DNA of 63,350 nucleotides, counting the filler, from Octopus bimaculoides (lineage: Eukaryota), in NCBI RefSeq assembly GCF_001194135.2. It is 4 parts of 4 records of this genome, joined end to end, with 100 filler letters (N's around TTAATTAATTAA, not from the genome) between each part and the next. Parts side by side here need not be neighbours in the genome. Positions count along the whole stretch, not along the records: positions 19,389 to 44,732 come from NC_068991.1; 3 more parts are not named here. One strand, 5' to 3'. The translations under genes and the position numbers were made by a program. Positions 24,698-36,956 of the stretch are shown here, piece by piece. Under the pieces are notes generated by a model. It was not told the DNA's origin. It saw only the letters and a list, made by a program, of their open reading frames with translations, and ran no database searches. Position 1 is the first letter of the stretch, and every line of letters begins with the position of its first letter.

Positions 24698-25925
24698 TGG
24701 GTTGCGTTAGCCAAAAGCTCGTTCGGTTTTTTAAGCGAAAATAAGTTTTAAACACAAAGTGATTTATTCAATCAATTACCGTTTCGTTCCAGTATCTTAG
24801 GTAGATTCATTATTCTCTGCTCAAAGAATTTCCTGTCCTTACTGGCGTAAAACTCTTCCAGGTGAATTTTTACACCCACATCAGAGTTGAAGCTCTGTTG
24901 ATTCAATGAATTTTGAAGAGACCAAAACAGATAGAAATATGAAGGCGCAAGATCAGGTCACTACTGAGGGAGCAGCAAAACTTCTTAGCCAAGTCCTAAT
25001 AAATTCTGCTACATTTGCAAACATGTGTGCGGTCATGCAGTTACGCATTGTCTTGATGAAAGACAATGTTCTTACTATTAGCAAATACTGGACGCTTGTG
25101 GTGGATCGCTGTATTTAATTAGTCCAGCTGGTCACAGAACATATCCGAATTGACGGTGCTGTCTATTGGAAGAAACTTGTAAAAGACAACGTTCTTCCAT
25201 TTCCATCAAATTGAAAACCTTCTTCGGGTGAAGTCCTTTGGAGGTTGTTTGTGATGGTTCACCGCGCTTTCCCCATGATCGTTTGCGCTTCACATTGTTG
25301 TAGACGTTTTTCGTCCCCTGTCACCATTCTTTTCAAAAAAAAGGATAATTTTCTTCACGTTTCTGCAACGAATCGTAGATGGAAATCCATTGAGCGAAGT
25401 TAGCCTTATTCATTTCATGTGGAACCGAAACATCGAGTCAAGTTGATGCAGATAGTTTTCAATACTTGATTTGGATATTTGGAGAATATCTGCGATCATC
25501 CTGGACATATTAGGAGGGGTGTGTGTGTGTGTGTGTGTCGAGGTACTCCTCCATTTCGTCGTTGTTAATCTCAGTTGTCCAGCCAGAGCGAGGACCGAAA
25601 AGTTTCCCAATCAAAATCTTGAACCGTTCTGGCACTCATGTTCTGTAACATCCCCTCCGTACACATCACATATCTTCATACAGGTTTCCGCTGCTTTCTT
25701 GCTTTCTTAAAATAATAATAAAACACATGAGGTGTTCGTTTTGGTTCTTCATTTTCAGGATAATCCAAAGCACACTAATTACAAACTGTTTCATCACGAG
25801 TTTGCATCGAACTACGTCGAAGTGTGAAGCATCTAACGAATGCGCGTGCGCAACGCACTGACTGAACTGAAACTGAAAGTTTAGTGTCAACAAAGCCCGG
25901 ACAGACGTTTTGGCCAACCCAGAAT
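24698..25925 (-). mobile_element. Degenerate near-full-length mariner (DD34D-type) transposon
   Basis: Frameshifted minus-strand remnants MKNQNEH..., ADILQISKSSIENYLHQL, MVTGDEK, KRKRSWGKRGEP..GLHPKKV, VFHQDNA, PDLAPS; TIR-like GGGTTG..GCCAAAA at both ends. Confidence 0.8.
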
Positions 25926-26169
25926 GTATATGCATTTCACGTGATCACGCTGGTCACAATGCGCTTTGTATCATTTTTAACTTTCGAATAAGCGAGTAGG
26001 CCAACATCCAGAAAGCTAATCTGTCGCAGGGTTACCTATTGACAGCTGAGCGGACTGAAGCAACGTGCAATGAAGTGTTTTGCTCAAGAACACAACGCCA
26101 CGCCCGGTCCGGGAATCGAATCCACGGTCTCTACATCGTGAGTGCAACAACCTTGCAACATCCTCATCT

Positions 26170-26357
26170 CAAGACCACGTACCTTTACATGTATGTATGT
26201 ATGTATGTATGTATGTATGTATGTATGTATGTATGTATGCATGTATGTATGTATGTATGTATGTATGAATGCATGTATGTATGTATGTATGTATGCATGC
26301 ATGCATGTATGTATGTATGTATGTATGTATGTATGTATGTATGTATGTATGTATGTA
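26170..26357. repeat. (TATG)n microsatellite
   Basis: Directly visible. Confidence 0.95.
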
Positions 26358-26994
26358 GGTATGTATAAATATAAATATGCAAAGTATATATATTTATATA
26401 TATACATATACATATATATATATACATTGCATATTTATATTTATACATACCTACATACATACATACCTATGTATGTATATATATATTCTTGTATATGTGT
26501 TTTTGTAAGTGTATACATACATACATACATACATACACACATACATACATACATACATACATACATACACATACATGTATCCTTGCCGCTATTTATAAAT
26601 AGAAATTGTGGTTTGACTATGACACCAATTATTTTTTTTCGCATTTGTTAGTATGTTTGATACACAGCAAAAGCAGTTACTGTTATCAACCATTAATAAT
26701 ATTTCCCACACTTGGAATTCAAGGCCAAATATAAAAACGTTTGTTTATTCTGTCTGATAATCTCAATTCACTTTATAGAAGAATGTATGCTTATCCTTGT
26801 TCTAAAAACATTTTGGGAGGCATTATCGATAGAAAGATCACGTGAGATTAGGAACCAATGGTTGCTCGATCCGTCAGAGATAGCAACCGGATTCTCTAAA
26901 ATCGCGCTTTGAACACAAAATGACAAGTTGCTCAATGTAGCCTTAGATATACAAAAAGTCCTGTCGGTTAAGCCAGAAATGCTTTTGATATGTA

Positions 26995-27638
26995 CAACGT
27001 CTGATCAAAAAGTATCCGGACTGTTGAAATAGAAACGAAGCTAAAGCACGCAGAGTAAAGCTGCTTGGCAAAGATTGATCTTGAACTCTGCTGTGCATGC
27101 GCACTATGTTTTAACGTTCTAGCTCACTTCCGCTGTTTGCAGCAGAACTTAGACGGAAGGTGTGATTGTCGCATTGACCATGACAGAGAAAGTTGTCATG
27201 GCGATACCTGCTCAGAGGCCTACGCAAAGTTGCAGAAAGTGTATGGAGAGGAGTGTATGAGCCGCACACAAGTGTACGAGTGGTTCAGACATTTCCAAGA
27301 TGGCCGAAAACATATCGATATTGACGAACATTCTGGGAGATCCGCAACCAGCAGAACTGAGAAAAACATCGCAGATATGCGTGCATCTGTGAGGGGAAAT
27401 CGTCGAATCACTATCCGTGAGTTATCAGAGGATGTGCAGATTAGTTACGGTTCATTTCAGTCCATTATCACGGAAGATTTGGATATGAGACACGTGTCTT
27501 CCAAGTTTGTGCCAAAACTGCTTTAGCTGACCAAAAGGACACTCGAGTTTCAGTTGTACAAGATCTTGATTGTGTCGAGATCAATGAAAGTTTTTTGAAA
27601 ACTTTGCGTAGTCCTCTGAGCAGGTATCGCCGAGCTTT
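26995..27638 (+). mobile_element. Mariner transposon 5' part (pseudogene, truncated by gap)
   Basis: TA + TIR-like CAACGTCTGATCAAAAAGTATCCGGACT; HTH region KLQKVYGEECMSRTQVYEWFRHFQDGR...RRITIRELSEDVQIS...FVPKLL (WVPREL equivalent) followed by an in-frame stop. Confidence 0.85.
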
Positions 27639-28869
27639 NNNNNNNNNNNNNNNNNNNNNNNNNNNNNNNNNNNNNNNNNNNNNNNNNNNNNNNNNNNNNN
27701 NNNNNNNNNNNNNNNNNNNNNNNNNNNNNNNNNNNNNNNNNNNNNNNNNNNNNNNNNNNNNNNNNNNNNNNNNNNNNNNNNNNNNNNNNNNNNNNNNNNN
27801 NNNNNNNNNNNNNNNNNNNNNNNNNNNNNNNNNNNNNNNNNNNNNNNNNNNNNNNNNNNNNNNNNNNNNNNNNNNNNNNNNNNNNNNNNNNNNNNNNNNN
27901 NNNNNNNNNNNNNNNNNNNNNNNNNNNNNNNNNNNNNNNNNNNNNNNNNNNNNNNNNNNNNNNNNNNNNNNNNNNNNNNNNNNNNNNNNNNNNNNNNNNN
28001 NNNNNNNNNNNNNNNNNNNNNNNNNNNNNNNNNNNNNNNNNNNNNNNNNNNNNNNNNNNNNNNNNNTGTGTGTGTGTGTGTGTGTGTCTTTGTGTTTTGT
28101 TACCCCCCCCCACTACTTGACAGCTGGTGTTGGTTTGTGTTACGCATTTGTAACCTAGCGATTCCGCAAGAGAGACCGATAGATTTATAAAAATTGAAAT
28201 GAACACTGGTGTCGATTTGTTCCGCTAAACCCTTCAAGGCGGTGTCCTCGCATGGCCGCAGTTGACTCTCTGAAACAATCAAACAAAAGATACGTAGACC
28301 AGCCAATAACTACATTGCGTGTTCAACGATTTGTACTTTCACAACGACAAGTATTGTTCCATGCTGCTGAGTCAGACACTTCCCTCTGTAAACAAGCAGG
28401 AAACACATTAGTCAGGTTTTTGTGATAGGTATTCTGATGGTGATCGGAAGTAATGGTCGTGGTAACAATAGCGAACGGACGGAATGGTTCGGGCCGGAGC
28501 TGGTTGTCATTATCTCGGTGATTAATTAATCGATGAATTTTTACTGATAACTCATGGTCTCTGATTGAAGGCTCGCTGGATCGATAACGATGGTTCTCGA
28601 TATGAACGTTAAGATAAATGATGTATGAGTGACGCTGAGTTAATATTCAGTAAAATGGTGGCAATAGGAGAAACAATCACGATGACAATGTAAATTTTGT
28701 CGTTGATGTTGGGGATATTGATGATAATTATAATGAAGATAATGATGATGATATTAAGAACGCTGCTAAAAAAAATAAATAAAAATAAAATAGCGATGAT
28801 GATGATGGTGATGACGATGGCGACAATGACGATGACAACGATGATAATAATTTTGAGGAAGACGACGAC

Positions 28870-28955
<86 letters not shown>
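28870..28955. repeat. (GAT)n microsatellite
   Basis: Directly visible; explains the poly-M and poly-H ORFs. Confidence 0.95.
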
Positions 28956-28956
<1 letters not shown>

Positions 28957-29039
28957 AATTGGTTACTTGAGCAAAGGAATTGAGATTATACCGAAAAGGA
29001 TCCTTAAAAAAAAACTCCACAGTTTATATGTATACTTAC

Positions 29040-29400
29040 CGTGTATAATTTTAGAACAGACTCGCGTAAAATGCAAGCAAAACAGACCAGACATAATGAT
29101 CGGAGACAGAGAAAAGAAACTGTGCATGGTATTAAATATCTATTGCTCGCAAAGTGTTAGCTTAATGTTAAATGTTAGCGAAGAGGAAAACATTTCTGCC
29201 GAATCCATGAGAAATCTGCAGTTACTCCACCCGGACAACGACATTAGATTGAGACATGTAATACTCGAGATATTTGGATACGCAACTAATTGCTTCAGTG
29301 CTAATCTCAAAACGCAAGGCATCATAAAACCAGAAATAATTACGAAATTACAGCTACAAGTCATCTAAAGGCGTTGTGAAAATATGCGAAGCATTCTAAT
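29040..29400 (+). mobile_element. 3' fragment of an R4/Dong-like (restriction-like endonuclease) non-LTR retrotransposon
   Basis: KQNRPDIMIGDREKKLCMVLNIYC...MRNLQLLHPD resembles the RLE motif xNRPDIvlwDxxkkxCxiiEvSC, with decayed catalytic residues. Confidence 0.6.
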
Positions 29401-29569
29401 TTAGCGTGTAATAAATGCACGCACACATGGGTAGACATGTAAACATATGCATGTAAACATGTGCATGAGTCAAAAATATACAAATCCACGCATGCAATGG
29501 CATTCATGCTGGCACGCATGCCTACCTGCGTACATACATACGTGCATGTATTGTGTATGTATATATATA

Positions 29570-29605
<36 letters not shown>

Positions 29606-29716
29606 CTGTATATATATATATACATACATACATATATGTGTGTACTATATATATACATACACACATATGAATATATATACATGAATATACATATACAATC
29701 TCTCTCTCTCTATATA

Positions 29717-29747
<31 letters not shown>

Positions 29748-30458
29748 GTTTGAAGATATGTATACACACACACATATACCTACACTTACTTACGCACACA
29801 CAAGCACACATACACACATGCATACAAACACACACATATCGCGTACGAGTATTTTAAGCGTTTTTCAAGTGAGCAGTGTGTCGATGCTGTTATGTGCAAT
29901 TCACAGCAAAATAACATATCAAAAAAAAAAAATCAAAAAATCAAATCATCAAATAGCTATAATGACATTACAAATAATTGTTGACGAAAAGACTCGGTTG
30001 TGGTTTAACATTTATTGCTTAGCCATAAATTCTAAGCGCTTTCACGTCCATGATTCTTCATCAGGCGGATTTATTTTAGTTCCAGTAAATAAAACGGTTA
30101 ATCGTGGCAGGATACGTGGGTAAATAACTGTCCCAGACATAGAAAAAAGACTATTTGCATTGTCCACAGCCGACAGGGCTCTGTTCTTAGTGAACTGTGC
30201 CTCCGTAATCTGGATTTTTGTAGCAACAGAGAGTATGGATAGGTCTATGGGTGTATATTTTTTGTTATATACTGTACTGGGTGGGGTTGTTTGTGAAAAT
30301 GTCCTCGTATACTGATGTAAAACTGCCCTTTTGTAGATTTGATGCACGTCCCTTCATTGGTGAGTTAATAAATGATGTAATGTATGTAAGGTTGTTAGTG
30401 TCTATTTATGATTGTGTGTCTGCGCGCGCGCGCGTGAATGTATGTATGACTATATATA

Positions 30459-30631
30459 CAGGGTGTAGTGAATAAATTGTCGTTTAAATTACGCAAAAAA
30501 TGAAAATAACACTGACAACTCATTTTAACAGATATCTTTACCAAAATTACATAAACATATCTTGAAATACTAAAGAGTAGATTTATTCAATAAAATCGCC
30601 ATGTAGGTATATGTGTGTGTATGCTTATCTT

Positions 30632-30709
<78 letters not shown>

Positions 30710-31927
30710 TGTGTGTGTATTCAGGTATGTATATTCATGCGTGTGTATGTATATATACAGTACACACATATGTGGCTGAAGCCAATGGCGATTTTATTGA
30801 AGAAATTCGGAATCTCCTGCAACTCTTCTAGACGGTCTCCTTGGTGAATGCTGCCATTATCCTTGCCTCCAGTGCATCTTTGGTGTTACAAGCAGTTTTG
30901 TTAGTCTCACACTCAACTGCGACCCACACATAATAATCAAGGGGGTAGCAGTCTGGCGAGTTAGGTGGCCAGATGTTAGGGGTGATGTGATCGCAGAAAC
31001 TGTGAGACAGCCATGACTGGGTTCTCCTGCTTGTGTGGCATGGTGCAGACTCCTGTTGCCAGACATAGAGTCTTCCAGCAGCCACCCTCTTCACCAAGGG
31101 CAGTACTAACTCCTCCAGGCACTTGATGTAGGCCTCCGTGTTGAGTGTGAGGCCGTGTGGGAAGATGAATGGAGGCATAATGTTGCCATCACTAGTGATC
31201 ACTCCTAACACCAAAATGTTGACTGAACGATTGATTTTTATCACTCTCGGTATATATTTTGGGGACACGGCAAGCCAACGGTTTTTCTGTCTGTTCATCA
31301 TCTGATCCTGGCAGAAATTTATCTCGTCTGAAAAAAACCAAAGCATGTTCGGCTGGAGGAGATGTTTGAGTTTGTTCAAAAGCTTCGTAGCGCGGTCTTT
31401 CCTTTTGTCCTTGATGGCTTGGGATAAACATCGACCCTTTTCATCTTGTATTATGAATACCGAATGTCCTCATGCACTACCTGCCTGATAGGGAACTCAG
31501 ACACTGCCATGTCCCTGGTGAAGGACCTCATTCACTCGGAGGCATCGTTGTCAATCATGGCCTGGATCTCACCAACAAATTCAGGATTTCTTTTCTTATC
31601 AGAACGATCAGAGTGAGTTTTCCGAGCTGCCCTACTTTCATAATCACCATTAAAGTCATACAACTCTTTCCGAATCCTCTGCACTCTCCTCAGATTGACA
31701 TCCAAACACTGAAATGTTTGTATTGGAGCTTCCAGCGCGAATGCCAAGTAGTACAGCATGTCGTTTCCAAATTTCTGGCAGAGTGAATAGCATTATGGTG
31801 CTGTTTTTCATACAGACGGTGCCCAGCTAACCCTACTATACAGTATGGTCGACAAAATCCAAAACAAACAATGCGCATATGTGAAATAAAAAATATAAAA
31901 TGGCGACAATTTACCCATCGTACCCTG
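30459..31927 (-). mobile_element. DD37D (maT-type) Tc1/mariner transposon, full length but inactivated
   Basis: Imperfect TIRs CAGGGT-N8-TAAATTGTCG at both ends with flanking TA; WFFSDE and WQQ(E)SAPCH...WPPNSPDCYPLDYYVW with 37 residues between the last two catalytic positions; stops and frameshifts present. Confidence 0.88.
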
Positions 31928-32634
31928 TATATATGTTTGTATTTATGNNNNNNNNNNNNNNNNNNNNNNNNNNNNNNNNNNNNNNNNNNNNNNNNNNNNN
32001 NNNNNNNNNNNNNNNNNNNNNNNNNNNNNNNNNNNNNNNNNNNNNNNNNNNNNNNNNNNNNNNNNNNNNNNNNNNNNNNNNNNNNNNNNNNNNNNNNNNN
32101 NNNNNNNNNNNNNNNNNNNNNNNNNNNNNNNNNNNNNNNNNNNNNNNNNNNNNNNNNNNNNNNNNNNNNNNNNNNNNNNNNNNNNNNNNNNNNNNNNNNN
32201 NNNNNNNNNNNNNNNNNNNNNNNNNNNNNNNNNNNNNNNNNNNNNNNNNNNNNNNNNNNNNNNNNNNNNNNNNNNNNNNNNNNNNNNNNNNNNNNNNNNN
32301 NNNNNNNNNNNNNNNNNNNNNNNNNNNNNNNNNNNNNNNNNNNNNNNNNNNNNNNNNNNNNNNNNNNNNNNNNNNNNNNNNNNNNNNNNNNNNNNNNNNN
32401 NNNNNNNNNNNNNNNNNNNNNNNNNNNNNNNNNNNNNNNNNNNNNNNNNNNNNNNNNNNNNNNNNNNNNNNNNNNNNNNNNNNNNNNNNNNNNNNNNNNN
32501 NNNNNNNNNNNNNNNNNNNNNNNNNNNNNNNNNNNNNNNNNNNNNNNNNNNNNNNNNNNNNNNNNNNNNNNNNNNNNNNNNNNNNNNNNNNNNNNNNNNN
32601 NNNNNNNNNNNNNNNNNNNNNNNNNNNNNNNNNN

Positions 32635-32682
<48 letters not shown>

Positions 32683-33516
32683 GCACACACACGTACATGC
32701 GCACACACATATGTATATATATTCTTTGTGTGTACGTACTGAATAAATATATGTAGAAAGAGAAAATAAACTATTCTACAATGTGGACAAATAAACGCGG
32801 TAACGGATCTATTTAATCTGATAGCGATGGTTATTTCCATTTACGTAACAAGTGGTTCTCGTAATGTCTGTATTTTGTAACATTTCAACCCTAGCGATTA
32901 AGTAGAGTCTATAATTGGGTACATTTTCAAGATTAGATTTTAATCAGTTGTGTAAAGGTTATATATATTTTTTAATTTCCGTTCTTGTGAGGTCTGTCTT
33001 TCATTAAGAATCTGTTTAATGTTGTATTTCGAAACTACTTTTTGAACTAACACTTTGGTGTAGTGTACAACCGGTTTCATTTTCATAGTGGTAACAACCA
33101 CTTCATATTTCGTTGCTGCTGTATTACAAGAGATACTGTGTTGGCATGTACTGACTTTACTACATGAATAGTTGATCTCAGTTTTCATACTAGTGGTATA
33201 ACTGTAATTTAATAACAGTTGTATACACATGCAAGATCTGTAATTTGATAACTGTTGTATATACATGCAAGATCCTACTTCACTCAAGTTTTTAAGACAC
33301 TTAATGACCTCAACAGAAGGATTTCCAAATTGTTCTCAAGAAAAAAATTGTAAAATAGCTTATAGACTGGCTGACTCATTGATGTAATTATCTATACTGC
33401 AATCTCTTGTCATCTTAAACTAAGAAGGGCACGAAAACATTTTAAGGTTTAACCAACAAATTTTACTAAATGTTCAGTTAAGACTTTTCAAGCCTTAAAC
33501 AATAAATATTTTCTTA

Positions 33517-33555
<39 letters not shown>

Positions 33556-33713
33556 CGCAGGAATGACTGTGTGGTAAGAAGCTTGCTTCCCAACCACATG
33601 GTTCCGGGTTCAGTCCCACAGCATGGCACCTTGGGCAAGTGTCTTCTATTATAGCCTCGGGCCGACCAAAGCCTTGTGAGTGGATTTGGTAGACGGAAAC
33701 TGAAAGAAGCCTG
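33556..33713 (+). mobile_element. SINE family B 5' half, ending at a gap
   Basis: Head through GGAAACTGAAAGAAGCC, then an N run where the microsatellite would lie. Confidence 0.8.
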
Positions 33714-34097
33714 NNNNNNNNNNNNNNNNNNNNNNNNNNNNNNNNNNNNNNNNNNNNNNNNNNNNNNNNNNNNNNNNNNNNNNNNNNNNNNNNNNNNNNN
33801 NNNNNNNNNNNNNNNNNNNNNNNNNNNNNNNNNNNNNNNNNNNNNNNNNNNNNNNNNNNNNNNNNNNNNNNNNNNNNNNNNNNNNNNNNNNNNNNNNNNN
33901 NNNNNNNNNNNNNNNNNNNNNNNNNNNNNNNNNNNNNNNNNNNNNNNNNNNNNNNNNNNNNNNNNNNNNNNNNNNNNNNNNNNNNNNNNNNNNNNNNNNN
34001 NNNNNNNNNNNNNNNNNNNNNNNNNNNNNNNNNNNNNNNNNNNNNNNNNNNNTATATATGTATGTATAGAGTGTTCGAAGTGGTGCACAAATACTGT

Positions 34098-34287
34098 ATA
34101 TTGAGGAAAAGGAGGCAGTCAGAATTTTGAATAATTCTTTATTAGCGCTTTCGTTCGTTTATCGAACTCATGACAAACTCAAAATCAGAATCAAAGATCA
34201 TTTTGACTTTGTCTTGCCGAGTTCGATAAACGAACGAAAGTGCTAATATAGAATTATCCAAAATTCTGACTGCCTTCTTTTCCTCAA

Positions 34288-34290
<3 letters not shown>
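34098..34290. mobile_element. Foldback element of two inverted decayed type-I hammerhead motifs (Penelope/retrozyme-like)
   Basis: 72-bp arms at 34098-34169 and 34219-34290 (68/72), plus a 14-bp inner stem (13/14); each half reads stem II GTTCG-ATAAA-CGAAC, then GAAA-G(C/T)GC-TA. Confidence 0.65.
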
Positions 34291-34356
<66 letters not shown>

Positions 34357-34357
34357 G

Positions 34358-34420
<63 letters not shown>

Positions 34421-34500
34421 GTCTGTCTGTCTGTCTGTCTGCCTGCTTGTCTGCCTGTCTGTCTGTTTGCATGCCTGCCTGTCTGTCTGTCTATCTATCT
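34291..34500. repeat. (TATC)n/(TGTC)n microsatellite
   Basis: Directly visible. Confidence 0.95.
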
Positions 34501-35411
34501 ATATATAAAATTATTTCATAAATAATTTTAAATTACATTACAGTTTTATTCTTAATCTGGAGAAAATTATATCCTTATACATCCTAGAAACCTGAGGACA
34601 ATTGTGCATGTGGAAACACGAGCATATGCCAACTCATATCGTGTAATGCAGAAGCAAGCATTTAAGAAACGGAAGACATTGGAAGTTAACAAATCCAAAC
34701 GCAGTGTATTACACTAACCATACATAAGCACGACTGAAGAATAATCTAACAGAGGTACTTTAATAATTCTTCCTCTTTTAGAAACATTGAAAAGATAAAC
34801 TATCCGATTTGGCAATTAAAATAAAACGCTTTGAATTCTTACATCAACTACAAGACCACGGAACGATTCAAACTTCACAAAATCGAAAATTAAAAATGTG
34901 ATCTTCGCATTCCAAATGAAGTCCGTACATTTTAAATTTTACTTAAACGATAGATCTGGGTTTTCAATATAACGGCAAGGGTGTATTCTTTCTCTTTTGT
35001 ATTCTTATTTATTAATTAGCATTCGTACTGAGCTGGTATGTGTGTCTTCGTGTATATTTATATGCATGTACATATATACATGTGTGTGTGTGTGTGTGTA
35101 TGTACGTCTCCTTTTCCACTAATACACATTTAGTTTTTTTTTTGTATTACGTTTTTAATTCCATTGATTTAATTTTCAAATTTCCTTCTTTTTATTGATT
35201 TCTAATTATTATTTTCAACACAAAGAGAAATAAATAAATTTCGTGCATTAAGCTTTATTCCCACACCGAGGAACACTTTTAAAGATTTAACACTGCATAT
35301 ATGTCAAATCACATTCAGTAAACAAGTTTGATAAATATCCAATGAATATTAATTTAGATCAAATATCAATCAAGTAATAGTTTACTATACGCTCGCACAA
35401 CTATGTCCAGA

Positions 35412-35509
35412 ATGCTGCTGAAACTAACGATTTCACTGTTTTGCCTTCTTGGAATCACAGGCGGCCTTTATCGAGACGACAGGCTTCTTTTTCTAAGTGG
35501 TGTCAATCT
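35412..35509 (+). CDS. First coding exon with signal peptide (MLLKLTISLFCLLGITGG-LYRDDRLLFLSGVNL), phase-2 end
   Basis: ATG just after a possible acceptor ctatgtccag; basic n-region, hydrophobic core, small residues at the predicted cleavage site; donor CT|gtgagt. Confidence 0.7.
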
Positions 35510-36425
35510 GTGAGTGTCCAATGGATTCAGAAAAAAAATCCTAGTTCCAAATAATTGTAGAAGCTAATCTTCCCAAGACAAACTATGTTATTCTAGACCT
35601 ATCCACTTTCTTTTCTTATCTGAGTCACAAATCTAATGAGATGTTAAATTATTTTCATAGACACTTTATTTGTCCAACCTTTCTCTCTCAGTTAATGAAC
35701 CTATTTGTTTTTTTTACATATTACAATGAAACTTTGGTCAGAAACAATTTTGACCTCTCATCCCAATGACAGAAACAAAAAATAACAAGATAAGAAACAA
35801 CATAACTTAATACGCGCCTCTGTCCAATATAACAGTCACTAAACCACTCGATCAAGTATCTCTAAGTCCCTTAAGAAGTATTTTCTCTTAAGTTATAAAT
35901 AAAATTTCTATCAACTTTCGTATTCAACTACTCAGTATCTATTCACAAAATATTCCGCGTTGTATTCAGGGAAAATTTAAGTTTTAGAAGCCGACCATCT
36001 TCTCATACCAATAACAATGTCTTACACCTCCATACTCGTGCCTATATCAACTAATATGTTTCTACATTGTTTTTGTGCATAAAATATTTTATGTTATTAA
36101 ACAATCTTCTAATAAATATTTTTTTACCCCACTGTTATTAGCGTAAATCCACCATAGCTAACTCCTCATTGACGTGTATAACTGTTAGCCTTATTTTGTA
36201 TTGTTTTTGGCTTTGATTGTATTACCATTTCAACCGACTTCACTTATTTTTTCATCTTTGCTTCGTTCTATCTCGACACTCCAAAGAGTATTATCGAAAC
36301 TGTATTATCATATTAAATGTTGATTTAATCGAATAAAAAGCCCGTCCACTCTATATTTGTTGTGTATTAAGTACTTTCTATTCGACAGTAGCTACTTCTG
36401 TTTCAACCAACATTTTTTTTACCAC

Positions 36426-36459
<34 letters not shown>

Positions 36460-36915
36460 ATCATAAATGTATAGGGATTGACAGTAACCTGCTTCTCCAA
36501 CATACTGAGAATTCAGAAATAGCAGTCAAAGAACTACTGATTTCAAAACTACAAATNNNNNNNNNNNNNNNNNNNNNNNNNNNNNNNNNNNNNNNNNNNN
36601 NNNNNNNNNNNNNNNNNNNNNNNNNNNNNNNNNNNNNNNNNNNNNNNNNNNNNNNNNNNNNNNNNNNNNNNNNNNNNNNNNNNNNNNNNNNNNNNNNNNN
36701 NNNNNNNNNNNNNNNNNNNNNNNNNNNNNNNNNNNNNNNNNNNNNNNNNNNNNNNNNNNNNNNNNNNNNNNNNNNNNNNNNNNNNNNNNNNNNNNNNNNN
36801 NNNNNNNNNNNNNNNNNNNNNNNNNNNNNNNNNNNNNNNNNNNNNNNNNNNNNNNNNNNNNNNNNNNNNNNNNNNNNNNNNNNNNNNNNNNNNNNNNNNN
36901 NNNNNNNNNNNNNNN

Positions 36916-36956
<41 letters not shown>

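Noticed and set aside
28697-29020. Poly-Met and poly-His ORFs
   Set aside because: Translation of a (GAT)n microsatellite; only the downstream R4-like part is meaningful.
30042-30347. 101-aa minus ORF and a signal-peptide-like MQIVFFLCLGQLFTH in another frame
   Set aside because: Weak donor and conflicting frames on both strands; cannot be supported as the first exon of the minus gene.
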